NCBI GenBank assembly: GCA_963706325.1
Contig: CAVPLT010000004.1
Location: 1 to 64,000, forward strand
Direction: 5' to 3'
DNA length: 64,000 nt
DNA from: an uncultured Nitrospiraceae bacterium
Lineage (GTDB): Bacteria > Nitrospirota > Nitrospiria > Nitrospirales > Nitrospiraceae
Both the position numbers and the translations under genes were made by a program. Numbering within the stretch: position 1 is the stretch's first letter; each line of letters starts with the position of its first letter. Below are positions 27,943-37,768 of the stretch, piece after piece. The notes under the pieces are model-generated. The model was not told the DNA's origin. It searched no databases and saw only the letters and a list, made by a program, of their open reading frames with translations.

Positions 27943-27971
27943 ACCTTACACCAGTCTGAATGCGGGCTCAA
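27943..27971 (-). promoter_or_regulatory. Putative native tRNA-Arg promoter, now facing the half-tRNA
   Basis: TTGAGC (27971-27966), 17 bp, TAAGGT (27948-27943). Confidence 0.55.
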
Positions 27972-27979
27972 GCATCTAC

Positions 27980-28011
27980 CAGAGCGCAGACCCCACAGAG
28001 CGCAGACCCCA
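27980..28011. repeat. 16-bp perfect tandem duplication
   Basis: cagagcgcagacccca x2. Confidence 0.85.
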
Positions 28012-28371
28012 ATGCCACCTTTTTGGCAGTTCTTCGAAGACTGAATAATGCCGAAAGATCGTCTGTAGGCACTCGAGGTGGCGCCACAACTTCATTCATA
28101 CTGCTGACCGCACACTGCCCTTGGTATGAAGGGCTCGCACTGCCCATTGGGGAAATTCTCTGTGGCGGCCGGAAGAATGCTGATCAGGAGATTGATTTAA
28201 ACAGGTCTTCCTGACCACGCAGGACGTTTGCTTACACTCGCCCAGGGCCTTCCCTAGCTGGGGTCTGGATGCTGACCGGTTAGCATACAGCAGCGATGTG
28301 AAAAGCACGGGTTTGGATTGCCTGTAGGCGGACGCTTTGGTGGGCGGTGACATCTAGGGAGGATTCCGATC

Positions 28372-29634
28372 ATGCCCAGTGATGGGTCAGGCTTGACCCT
28401 TAACCGAGGCTGGCGCCTTATCACCACAAGAAATTTCGGGCTTCTCTGGTGGGGCCAGGCCACATCGCAGATCGGCGAAGGCTTAAATAGAGTTGCTCTA
28501 CTTTGGTTTGTGTATGAACTCACCGGTTCGGCCATGAAGATGACCGTGGTGGGACTCTTGCAAACCATCCCTCCACTTCTATTTGGTCCTTTTATTGGAG
28601 TGTACCTTGATCGATGGCCTAAAAAGGCTGTTATGGTATGGGTGGACGTCCTACGAGCGCTTTTGACGCTCCTTATCCCGACCCTATATGCCATCGGTGT
28701 CCTTTCCATTGAAGGTTTATTCGGCCTCATTTTTCTTACGTCTGTGGTGTCGACCATATTTGGCCCCGCGCTGGTCTCGTCCGTCCCCTTGCTGGTTCGG
28801 CCTTCGGAACTCATGTCTGCGAATGCGCTGATTCAAGGGACGAATAATATCGGAATGTTGCTGGGACCGGCGATCAGTGGAGTCATGATTGCCCTCATCA
28901 ATGCGGAGAATGTGTTGTTTGTTAACTCCGCCACATTTCTGATTTCAGCCCTGTGTCTAATACCCATCCAATTCACGGTTCCCCACGTGAGGTCGACGGA
29001 GAACGCTTCGTCTATGTGGGAGGAACTCAAGGTTGGATTTCGTTTTGTATTTGGACAGCAATCCATGGTGTTTACCTTGGTGATTATTTCATCGCTCTAC
29101 AATTTAGGGGTGAGCGCATTCGTCTTCATTCTGCCGGTCTATGCCAAGGAGTTTCTCTTGGTAGGCCCCGTGCAGCTGGGCTGGTTATGGTCGGCGCTCG
29201 GGGTAGGGATGCTGGCGGCTTCAACGTGGTTGGCCTGGAGGAAGCAGAGCGACGTGCAGAGCCGCTTACGCATTGTCGTCATCGGGATGACAATCGGTGG
29301 TCTTGCCGTCTGCAGTTTGACTCTCCTCAAAACCGCCGTAGTCGCCGCAGGGGTAATCATTATTGTGGGCGGCAGCACCGCCGTGCTCAATCCGATCGTG
29401 TGGGCACTCCTGCAAGAGGTGACGCCCCAACATCTCATTGGGCGCGTGTTAACCACATTCAGTGTGGGATCCATGGCCTCCGCAATGGCAGGCATGACGG
29501 GATTTGGTTGGATGGCCGATGCAATCGGTCCCGCAGCAAGCCTTGTAGGATTGGGTCTGGTACTGTTACTTACTGCAGCGGTCGCGGTGCCCTCCGTGCG
29601 CAGATGTTATTCATTCCCGGTTGGGAACACGTAG
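28372..29634 (+). CDS. MFS transporter (MFS_3/EntS-MefA-like)
   Basis: About 12 TM helices, GVYLDRWPKK motif A. Confidence 0.92.
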   Translation: MPSDGSGLTLNRGWRLITTRNFGLLWWGQATSQIGEGLNRVALLWFVYELTGSAMKMTVVGLLQTIPPLLFGPFIGVYLDRWPKKAVMVWVDVLRALLTLLIPTLYAIGVLSIEGLFGLIFLTSVVSTIFGPALVSSVPLLVRPSELMSANALIQGTNNIGMLLGPAISGVMIALINAENVLFVNSATFLISALCLIPIQFTVPHVRSTENASSMWEELKVGFRFVFGQQSMVFTLVIISSLYNLGVSAFVFILPVYAKEFLLVGPVQLGWLWSALGVGMLAASTWLAWRKQSDVQSRLRIVVIGMTIGGLAVCSLTLLKTAVVAAGVIIIVGGSTAVLNPIVWALLQEVTPQHLIGRVLTTFSVGSMASAMAGMTGFGWMADAIGPAASLVGLGLVLLLTAAVAVPSVRRCYSFPVGNT

Positions 29635-29731
29635 CGATTTTTATGTGGATGAGAACAGAATTCGGAGGCATAACCTTATGGTTAGTGCCAACGGATGGCT
29701 TGCGCGCAGCGCATAAGTGGAAGGATGATGT

Positions 29732-31042
29732 GTGGAAGACGATCAGCCGCCATCTGTTCGCGCAGGGGCTGATCATGCCGCAACTACCCATGTTGACAGT
29801 ATGGTTCGTGCTCAGAGCGTAACCCCTCGATGGCTCCTCACTCGCGACTTCAGTCTGCTGTGGTGGAGCCAGGTTCTGTCCCAGATCGCTGATGGGGTCA
29901 GCAAGCTTGCGTTATTGTGGTTCGTCTACGCCATTACCGGATCTCCCCTCAAGACCACCATCGTGGGACTGCTACAGACTCTCCCGCCGATTCTCTTCGG
30001 ACCAATCATCGGTGTCATTGTTGATCGTTATCCCAAGAAAGCGATTCTGATCGGCAGCGATGTGGCAAGAGGGTTCTTAATAGGGGTGATACCCTGTTGG
30101 ATCTCGGTTGAGAACTTTACGGTTGAATCCCTCTACTTCATTACTTTCCTCTATGGTATCGCGACAGCCCTTTTTGTGCCCACGCTTTCATCTGCCGTGC
30201 CATTTATGGTCCAACGCCCGCAGTTCACCGCGGCGAATGCGCTTTTACAAACGACGACGAGCCTCGGCATCATCGTCGGACCGGCTTTGAGTGGAGTCGG
30301 TATCGCCTTTTCCGGCTCGCAGGATGTGCTGTGTTTGAATGCCGTGACTTATCTTGCATCAGCTGCTTGTCTTTTACCGATTCGGGTGCGATCGACTGAG
30401 CCGAATCACACCGACAGTGCAGGCGCTAGACAGTTTGGTCGTTATTTGATCGAAGGCATACGATACGCATTTCTCACCCATCGGACTCTCCTGATCCTCA
30501 TCGTCTTGGCTTCGGTCTATACGTTCGGCACGGGTGCGTTCACGACGCTGTTCCCCGTGTTCGGACGCCATATGCTTGGACTCGGACCAGTCGAAGTGGG
30601 CTATCTATGGTCTTGGCTCGGGGTCGGCCTCTTTCTTACCTCACTTGGCTTGATTCGGATCAGCACATGGAAACTTCAGCAGCGGTTATCTGCCATCGCG
30701 GCGTCGTGTGCTCTCGCAGCCTTCTCAGTCGTCGGACTCACTTGGACTCGAGACATGCACGTGGCTGCCTTTTTGGTGGCCTGTATCGGAATCGGCTTCG
30801 GGACGTGGACTCCGATCGCCTGGGGCATCATTCAGGAAGTGGCTCCTCCCGGCATGGTGGGGCGCGTGATGGCCGTCTATACGGCTATCGCTACGGCCAC
30901 ATCGATGTTGGGTATGAGCTTTTTCGGATGGGTCGCGGAATCGTTCGGGTCGATCGTGAGTGTGATGGGGATTGCCGGGGTGATGTTCGTATTGGCAGGC
31001 GGTAGTGTCTGGTTCAGTCGTCGAATCCGTGTTCCAGAGTAA
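29732..31042 (+). CDS. MFS transporter, tandem paralogue (start uncertain)
   Basis: GVIVDRYPKK; aligns with the upstream MFS. Confidence 0.92.
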   Translation: MEDDQPPSVRAGADHAATTHVDSMVRAQSVTPRWLLTRDFSLLWWSQVLSQIADGVSKLALLWFVYAITGSPLKTTIVGLLQTLPPILFGPIIGVIVDRYPKKAILIGSDVARGFLIGVIPCWISVENFTVESLYFITFLYGIATALFVPTLSSAVPFMVQRPQFTAANALLQTTTSLGIIVGPALSGVGIAFSGSQDVLCLNAVTYLASAACLLPIRVRSTEPNHTDSAGARQFGRYLIEGIRYAFLTHRTLLILIVLASVYTFGTGAFTTLFPVFGRHMLGLGPVEVGYLWSWLGVGLFLTSLGLIRISTWKLQQRLSAIAASCALAAFSVVGLTWTRDMHVAAFLVACIGIGFGTWTPIAWGIIQEVAPPGMVGRVMAVYTAIATATSMLGMSFFGWVAESFGSIVSVMGIAGVMFVLAGGSVWFSRRIRVPE

Positions 31043-31228
31043 TGGATTTTTGATGCGGGGAAATTCCGCGCTGCTAGCCGCCGCTTGCATGTCTCTTTGG
31101 GTATCAGCAGACACGTATGAGTGGTAACGAAACGGCAAGGAAGGTTTTGTCGAATGGTCGGTGGGGCACCAAGTCGGGAGGCAGTGGCAAGGAAACCCTC
31201 GCCTTAGATGAGAGTTGGCGGTAAAAGT

Positions 31229-31272
31229 ACTTCGCCTCCGGAAGGGATGGGTGACATCTCCGCAGGCGAAGT
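31229..31272 (-). terminator. Hairpin between convergent genes
   Basis: ACTTCGCCT...AGGCGAAGT stem followed by ACTTTT on the minus strand. Confidence 0.5.
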
Positions 31273-31291
31273 GGTTGCGATGAGCGACGGA

Positions 31292-31762
31292 TTAGCGTTG
31301 ATTTGCCTGATCGCGTTTGCAGCTCTCTGCGGCTAACATTCGTTGTCCGGCGGAGGCATCTTGCGGTATTCGCGCCACGCAGTCATTCAGATTGTCTTCG
31401 ACACTGCCGGAGGCGACGCGGTTGCGTGTTTTTGTATCATTGGTGAGCAGGGAAGAACCGACCTGTCCTTCCCGTCGACAGCTTCCTTCGGCTAACATAC
31501 GCGTTCCTGCGGTGCTGTCAGAGGGAATGCGCGCGAGACAGGCTTCCACGGTGTCATAGTTCGGGGACGAGGCCGGAGCCGCAGTCGTGGCTTTCTTGGG
31601 GCTCTTCACCGGAACGGCTGGAGCTGACGGCTGTGTCGATCCGCTACTGGTGATCGCCTCTTCTGTAGCGCAGGCACTGAGTAAAAGGAGCGATAAGGAC
31701 AAGACAAGAGCACTAGGTAACTGCGAGTACATCATTGAACGATCCTCCTTGAGCAAGAACAT
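31292..31762 (-). CDS. Lipoprotein with two Cys-paired internal repeats
   Basis: Lipobox LSAC; CLARIPSDSTAGTRMLAEGSC / CVARIPQDASAGQRMLAAESC; start may be ~31730. Confidence 0.75.
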   Translation of the reverse strand: MFLLKEDRSMMYSQLPSALVLSLSLLLLSACATEEAITSSGSTQPSAPAVPVKSPKKATTAAPASSPNYDTVEACLARIPSDSTAGTRMLAEGSCRREGQVGSSLLTNDTKTRNRVASGSVEDNLNDCVARIPQDASAGQRMLAAESCKRDQANQR

Positions 31763-31819
31763 AATGCGGGCACAGTAGCATAAACCGCCACCTTCTGGAA
31801 ACACCTCTGCGATCCCTGA

Positions 31820-33190
31820 CTAGGGGGTGGGCTGCGCTTCTGGCCCGAGGAGCGCCAGTCGCGAGGGGATCTGGGTCAGCAGATCTGGCCGAACCTGGAA
31901 TACACCAGGTATACGGTGGCCGATGGCATAAACGAGGCCGCCCACTTGATTGCCCAGAGCCAAACGTCCGGTGATGCGTCCGTCTTTGCCGGTGGCCACG
32001 AATTCGGCCACAGGAGCCACGAGCCCATAGGGCGCAAGGGGGCCTGCCTGTTTTAGAACACGCTCCTCTGCCGGAAGGTTGACGATACGGCTGACGACTA
32101 GATCCGCGACGTCCTGACGGACCTTCTCTGTCGGCTGATCCTCGAGCACCCACTCGTTATGTTGATGAATGAGGACGTAGCGCTCATCGCGTGTCTTGAT
32201 CGACAACAAGGCGATATCGCCAATGTCCACGCCGAGTAAGCGTTTATCCTGCAGTGTGAAAAGGTCCCTAGTGAGATCCTTGATGGCCGAGGGACTAATT
32301 TTGTATATCGGGCCGTCGGGGATCGTCTGGGCATAGGCCTCGCCGCTGGCCGGGTCCGGCTGGAAGAGCCGCACGACTTGGTCAGCGCCTGCGGCATGCA
32401 GAGTGATTTTAACTTTGGGCTTGGTAAGCAGTGGCGCAAGCTTATCCCGTTCCGGTCCTGGGTCAACGATGGCCAACGCCTTAAGATCTTCCAGGCGGAA
32501 AAGCAGCGCTTGCACTTGGGTTCGGTCGCCCTCGGCCTCGATGGGATACCGAATCTTCCATTTCTTTTTGGGCCTTTCGTCGACTGCGTTGAGCACGATT
32601 TCCGTTGTGGGATAAGTAAGGCGAAGTCGCTCCACATCTTGTTGGGCGAATGGCAGCACTTCCTTGCGGCGGAATGATAGTAAGGTTTTGTTGAGGAAGT
32701 CCTTGGGCGCCAGGTCCGTCAAGAGCACTGCCTGGTCCGAGGCCCGCAACACATACAAACTGGAAGATAGGGGTCCTGCATCGCCGATGGATAGTGTTTC
32801 CTGCCGACTCCCGGTCCCCACTGTGACGACCGTGGAAGCATGGTCCAGACCGAATGGGGTGAGCGAAACCGGATGCGCCTCGACAAGCCTCGAAACGTTT
32901 CCTGTCACAAGAGCGCGGAGGAGCGCCTGCACCTGCCTCTGATCAGCGTCGGTATGAATTGGTTGGGAAATCGTCCACGACTGCCCGGGACCTTGAGTGA
33001 GAGCCACTTCTCCGGACTGACTCCGAACTGTCAACGTGGTAATGTCCGCCTCATTGAAGGGCAATATCCGCTTGGCCTGAGTGGCGGTCGTTTCTTCATG
33101 GCGTTGTTCGGGAAGTTCTATGAGATAGAGATACAGTCCAAGAGCTGCAAAGACGCTCGCCATCAGTAAGGTCGGCCAGTAGCGCCTCAT
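31820..33190 (-). CDS. DUF4340 domain protein
   Basis: N-terminal TM, repeated FGL/YGL modules, last gene of the Gld-like ABC operon. Confidence 0.82.
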   Translation of the reverse strand: MRRYWPTLLMASVFAALGLYLYLIELPEQRHEETTATQAKRILPFNEADITTLTVRSQSGEVALTQGPGQSWTISQPIHTDADQRQVQALLRALVTGNVSRLVEAHPVSLTPFGLDHASTVVTVGTGSRQETLSIGDAGPLSSSLYVLRASDQAVLLTDLAPKDFLNKTLLSFRRKEVLPFAQQDVERLRLTYPTTEIVLNAVDERPKKKWKIRYPIEAEGDRTQVQALLFRLEDLKALAIVDPGPERDKLAPLLTKPKVKITLHAAGADQVVRLFQPDPASGEAYAQTIPDGPIYKISPSAIKDLTRDLFTLQDKRLLGVDIGDIALLSIKTRDERYVLIHQHNEWVLEDQPTEKVRQDVADLVVSRIVNLPAEERVLKQAGPLAPYGLVAPVAEFVATGKDGRITGRLALGNQVGGLVYAIGHRIPGVFQVRPDLLTQIPSRLALLGPEAQPTP

Positions 33191-33194
33191 GTGG

Positions 33195-34724
33195 TTATAA
33201 GCGCCGCCTTTTGCGCCAAACCAGAATGCCGCAGAGGATGGTCATGGCGGGGAGGAAAATGACCTGGAGATACAGCAGAATACGTTCCTGGAGCGGGTTG
33301 GGAGTAAATGGTCGCATTGCGGAGTCTTTGGGGGTGAGGGAAATGAGATCGCCCTCCTCCGTGAGCCATCCGATCGTCCGTTGAAAGAAATCGCTGTTGC
33401 CGACGAAGTTGATAAATCCATTACTGGCAAACGACGAGTTGCCGACGACTATCAAAGCAGGACGGGGTTTGCCTTCCTCGGGAGCCTGTTTTGGAGTCAA
33501 GGCTGCTGCCAATGCCAGGGGACCCTGGATGTCCTCCTTTGCGTCGTAGCTCACGACCCGACCCTTCATGTCGGTCTCGGCCCAACTACGTGGCGATGTT
33601 CTGGCCAGAGGGACATAGTCCCAGTCTTTCCCCTTGTCCTCATGGAAGATGAGATGGCGGGTAAGGGGGAATAAGACCGCGGCGGTCAGTTCATGGGTAA
33701 TTTCATGGTCGGTAAACGTGCGGACCAGGAGGGCAGTTAAATCGCCTTGGGCGAGTCTGTCTTGCAGGTCGACCAACACGCCGCGTCCCAACTCCATGCC
33801 CCAGGTATTCAATAAGTCATCCATGTCGGCCTGTGTATCAGGATCGACCAGCACGAGGAGACGTCCACCTTTGGCGACATACGCGCGAATGCGGTCCTTC
33901 TCTTCCTTGGTTACCGCTCGACGCGGTCCCGCGATGATCAACACCGCGGTATTTTCCGGTACCGCCGCTTCCTGCAGCAAAGAGAGGGTGCCGATGTCGT
34001 AGCCCTGTTTTTCCAATACTTCTTTGGTCAACGCCAATCCGCCACGGTCTCGATCGTCCAGGCTCCGCTCCCCATGACCTTCAAGAAATACGAGCCGTTT
34101 CTTAGTGTCTTTGGACACACGAAGCAGGGCGCCTGTAATTTCGACCTCAGCGGGAGAGGTAATTCGAACCGACTGGGGACCACTTTCGAAGATCGCAATG
34201 TCGGTTCTGGTGATGCCGTAATTCTGGGCCACCTTCGGTTGACGTTCGGGATCGATGAATTGAACGGTCAATTTGGGACTCGCTTGCCTGTAACTATCGA
34301 ACCGCTCTTTATAGGCCTGATAGCCGGGATCTTTTTCCCGGGTAAAGACCGTGATGCTGACATCTCTGGTCAGGCCACGAAGGACGCGATAAGTTTCCGG
34401 CGCGAGCGTGTAGTTCTGATTTTCGGAGAAATCCCACCGGATCGAATGCCGGGCTCCGAGGAAATTCACAATGGCTAAAATGGCGATAAAGAGCGCCACC
34501 ATGAGTGCGCTGTTGACCCCCATGCGGGTGGAGCGTTGGGCGATGAGGGTCTTCAGGCGGTCGAAATGGTTCGCGAAAAACCAGATAAGGCAGACCAGGG
34601 CCAGCGCTTCAAGGAGGGTGACGAGCCAGAGCGTTTCAGACATCAAGGAATAGGCGATCAAGCCGGCCACGGCCAAGCCGATACCGAGGGCGCCCACAGG
34701 AATGGTGCGGCGCGTTATTTCCAT
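33195..34724 (-). CDS. gldG: GldG-like ABC transporter auxiliary component
   Basis: RWDFSENQNYTL, FLEGHGER, GGRLLVLVDP. Confidence 0.85.
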   Translation of the reverse strand: MEITRRTIPVGALGIGLAVAGLIAYSLMSETLWLVTLLEALALVCLIWFFANHFDRLKTLIAQRSTRMGVNSALMVALFIAILAIVNFLGARHSIRWDFSENQNYTLAPETYRVLRGLTRDVSITVFTREKDPGYQAYKERFDSYRQASPKLTVQFIDPERQPKVAQNYGITRTDIAIFESGPQSVRITSPAEVEITGALLRVSKDTKKRLVFLEGHGERSLDDRDRGGLALTKEVLEKQGYDIGTLSLLQEAAVPENTAVLIIAGPRRAVTKEEKDRIRAYVAKGGRLLVLVDPDTQADMDDLLNTWGMELGRGVLVDLQDRLAQGDLTALLVRTFTDHEITHELTAAVLFPLTRHLIFHEDKGKDWDYVPLARTSPRSWAETDMKGRVVSYDAKEDIQGPLALAAALTPKQAPEEGKPRPALIVVGNSSFASNGFINFVGNSDFFQRTIGWLTEEGDLISLTPKDSAMRPFTPNPLQERILLYLQVIFLPAMTILCGILVWRKRRRL

Positions 34725-35485
34725 CGTGAGGAATCCACAACCCGGTGCGCTAAGAACAGCATGAGGACGGTGCCGCTGACGTAATAAATGAGATCTTTGG
34801 TGTCGATCAAGCCACGGACCAGGTGGTCGAAGTGTTCCATGAACGAGAGATACGAGACGACATGGCCCACTGACGTATCACCCAGGAGCGATCCGAGCCC
34901 GGCGAGGAGCCAGCACATTAGGAGCAGCCCGAAGCTCGTAAAGGCCGCCACGATTTGGTTTTCGGTAATGGACGACGCAAAGAGGCCCACCGCAAGAAAC
35001 AACCCTCCGAGTAGCGTCAAGCCGAGATAACCAGTCAGGACAGGATACCAGTCGAAATCGCTAAAGAGCGCCAGAGTCAGCGGGACGAGCGTGGTCATGA
35101 GTAGCATCCCGATAAATACGAGAGCCACGCTCACGAATTTCCCCACAATGATGTCGCTGATTCGCACTGGAGCCGTCATCAAAAACTCGAAGGTGCGGAG
35201 TTTGCGTTCTTCGGCCAGCAGTCGCATCGTGAGGATAGGCAATATCAGCAGCAGGACGAATCGCATGCTGGTGAAAAGGTTGCGAAAGACCAAGTCGTTC
35301 AGATTGATCTGTGCCGTACCGCCCTGCATTTGCATCAACTGAATGGCTTGGGCTCCGGTAAAGACAATGTATAGGTAGGCCAGAAAGCCAAAGGTCAATA
35401 GGAATACCCCTCCGACCACGTAGACAATCGGCGAGACGAAGTACGTCCGTAGTTCCTTTGCGATAATTGCTTGAACGGGTGTCAT
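34715..35485 (-). CDS. gldF: ABC-2 permease (GldF-like)
   Basis: KELRTYFVSPIVY, TMRLLAEERKLRTFEFL. Confidence 0.88.
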   Translation of the reverse strand: MTPVQAIIAKELRTYFVSPIVYVVGGVFLLTFGFLAYLYIVFTGAQAIQLMQMQGGTAQINLNDLVFRNLFTSMRFVLLLILPILTMRLLAEERKLRTFEFLMTAPVRISDIIVGKFVSVALVFIGMLLMTTLVPLTLALFSDFDWYPVLTGYLGLTLLGGLFLAVGLFASSITENQIVAAFTSFGLLLMCWLLAGLGSLLGDTSVGHVVSYLSFMEHFDHLVRGLIDTKDLIYYVSGTVLMLFLAHRVVDSSRWK

Positions 35486-36453
35486 CAGTGTTGATTGATC
35501 TCGGTGCTGGAATCCGGCCTCGGCATGCCGTCTTCATGTTGAGTGAGTTGCAGGAACACGTCTTCCAAAGTCATGGAGATCGGTTTCATTTCAAGCAGCC
35601 CCCATTCGTTTGTGACGGCGAAGCGCGCCACCTCTTCTCGGATGTCCTTGCCCAGCGCACATTCGATGAGGATGGTGTGCGGATCGGGGGTTGCCAGCAC
35701 ATGCTCCACTCCGGTGACCTCATGGAATCGTTCGAGCGCGTTGAGCGGCGGGGCCTTCAGGGTGATGCTGATCTTTTCCGAACGTCGTAATCTGGCCGAG
35801 AGCTGGTTCGGGGTATCTTCGGCGACGATTCGACCACCATTGATGATGACCACGCGTTGGCAGACGGCGGTCGCTTCTGGAAGAATGTGTGTGCTCAAGA
35901 TGACCGAGTGTGAGCCGGTCAGACTCTTGATCAGTTCTCTGATTTCAATGATTTGTTTCGGATCGAGGCCGACGGTAGGCTCGTCCAAAATCAACACCGG
36001 TGGATCGTGGATCAGCGCTTGCGCCAGACCAACGCGCTGCCGGTACCCACGCGACAGGTTGGCGATGAGCCGGCGTCGGACCGAACCCAAAGACAGTCGC
36101 TCCATCACGCGATCCATTGCCGTGGTCAGGCCGACACCGCTGAGGCCGCGGAGTTTGCCCACGAAGGAGAGATATTCGCAGACGGTCAGCTCCTGATACA
36201 CCGGCGGTGTTTCAGGCAAGTAGCCGATTCGTTTCTTGACCTCTTCGGCTTGGTCCGCACAGTCGAAGCCGGCGACGTGCGCCGACCCTTCTGTTGCCGG
36301 CATGAAGCAGGTAAGAATGCGCATGGTCGTGGTTTTTCCCGCGCCATTCGGGCCCAAGAATGCCAGCACCTCACCTTTTTCGACGCGAAAGGTCACCCGG
36401 TCGATTGCGGTGAGGTTTCCGTACCGTTTTGTAATATCGCGAACTTCGATCAT
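35485..36453 (-). CDS. gldA: ABC transporter ATP-binding protein (GldA-like)
   Basis: GPNGAGKTT, LSRGYRQR, LILDEP. Confidence 0.93.
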   Translation of the reverse strand: MIEVRDITKRYGNLTAIDRVTFRVEKGEVLAFLGPNGAGKTTTMRILTCFMPATEGSAHVAGFDCADQAEEVKKRIGYLPETPPVYQELTVCEYLSFVGKLRGLSGVGLTTAMDRVMERLSLGSVRRRLIANLSRGYRQRVGLAQALIHDPPVLILDEPTVGLDPKQIIEIRELIKSLTGSHSVILSTHILPEATAVCQRVVIINGGRIVAEDTPNQLSARLRRSEKISITLKAPPLNALERFHEVTGVEHVLATPDPHTILIECALGKDIREEVARFAVTNEWGLLEMKPISMTLEDVFLQLTQHEDGMPRPDSSTEINQH

Positions 36454-36531
36454 GCAGTCGGCATAAGCGGCTGGATGGGTCTGCTGTCTGTTGATTGCTG
36501 ATACAAAGCGTGGTGTGGCAAATCGGGGCTG

Positions 36532-36560
36532 ATCTTAACGACCGCCTTCGATGCAGTCAA
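36532..36560 (-). promoter_or_regulatory. Sigma70 promoter of the ABC operon
   Basis: TTGACT-17-TAAGAT. Confidence 0.6.
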
Positions 36561-36612
36561 GGGAGGCACGCAGATCCCTTTTGATAGCGGAGTAAAAAAG
36601 GCGTCATCTGGC

Positions 36613-36641
36613 TTTACAGCCTGAGTCGTAACTGCTACAGT
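36613..36641 (+). promoter_or_regulatory. Divergent sigma70 promoter
   Basis: TTTACA-17-TACAGT with TG extension. Confidence 0.55.
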
Positions 36642-36688
36642 TCCGCGAATTTATGTGACGTTGCACCGCACGACGGACGAGGTGAGGG

Positions 36689-37054
36689 ATGAAGCAGCCG
36701 CGACCGAGCTTGTTAGGTGTGTTGGTGATTGGGGCATTACTCTGTGTGGCATTCGCAGGCCTCGGTAGCCTCTTGAATTCAGTTTATGCCGCAAATAGCA
36801 CCGTGCATGAAATTAGAGGGACGGTCCAATCCGTCACTCCCGGGGATACGCCTCCTGTCGTTGTGATAAGGGGGCTTCATGGGCACAAGGAAGAAATCGT
36901 CGTTGGGGCGATGGTTCAGCAAGGTGCCACCGTTCTGCGTGGGAAAAGAAAGATTGGTCTCGATCAGATTCATGTGGGAGATGACGTGACATTAAAGTAC
37001 GTCAAAACGCGTGAGGGACTCGCCGTTCGTTCGATAGTGCTCCACCGTAAGTAA
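36689..37054 (+). CDS. Exported hypothetical protein
   Basis: SD, N-terminal hydrophobic segment, beta-rich domain. Confidence 0.75.
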   Translation: MKQPRPSLLGVLVIGALLCVAFAGLGSLLNSVYAANSTVHEIRGTVQSVTPGDTPPVVVIRGLHGHKEEIVVGAMVQQGATVLRGKRKIGLDQIHVGDDVTLKYVKTREGLAVRSIVLHRK

Positions 37055-37108
37055 GAAAATGCATGGCATGATGGCGGTGTCTCGTTCATAAGGAGGAAGA
37101 GAAATTCT

Positions 37109-37768
37109 ATGATTCGACAGCATGGGGTGCGGGGGATGTCTGCGCCGGTGACCGTCGGGTTGTTGCTACTGCTGGGCTGTTCGGGAAAGGGCGATGTCAT
37201 TCCGATGAACCTGAATCCGAAGCCGCTGACAGAGAGCAATGCTGCCAGCCGGGCAGCGAAGTTGATGCCTGGCCCTCGAGTGATGGTGATCCCGTTCGAC
37301 GATCAACGGGGGGACCGAACCAACGTCGGGGGCCGGAGTTCGATGTGGGGCGGCGAAAGCCATTTCAGTGTGTCGAATGGCACCGCAGGAGAAGCTACAG
37401 CTCAGGCATTTGCCGACTATTTGAAGGGTAAGGGTTGGCAAGCTCAATACGCGAAAAGCGAGCCAGCGGAATCTGAAAACGGCCCGGACATTGTATTGAC
37501 CGGCAAAATTCTCGATTTAGTCGTTCATGCTAAGAAGGGTTTTTTCCTCACGGATATTGAAGCGAAAAGTAAGCTTATTATTCAGGCAAGCAACCGTCAA
37601 GATACCAGCTCGCTTACAAGAACAGACGCGCACTCAGGCAGCCATGACAACGTGTTGTGGTTTGAGCCGGAGGATGGCGAGCAGATCCTCGCTGAAGTGC
37701 TGGAAAAGAATTTTGAACGGTTTCTCAGCAATACCAAGGTTGAGGGTCGGGCCATACGGTTTCGCTAG
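37109..37768 (+). CDS. Lipoprotein (YajG-like fold suspected)
   Basis: SD AAGGAGG, lipobox LLGC, PFDDQR. Confidence 0.75.
   Translation: MIRQHGVRGMSAPVTVGLLLLLGCSGKGDVIPMNLNPKPLTESNAASRAAKLMPGPRVMVIPFDDQRGDRTNVGGRSSMWGGESHFSVSNGTAGEATAQAFADYLKGKGWQAQYAKSEPAESENGPDIVLTGKILDLVVHAKKGFFLTDIEAKSKLIIQASNRQDTSSLTRTDAHSGSHDNVLWFEPEDGEQILAEVLEKNFERFLSNTKVEGRAIRFR

Noticed and set aside
31820..36453. Gliding motility system
   Set aside because: GldAFG-like ABC modules are widespread; no gld motor or T9SS genes here.
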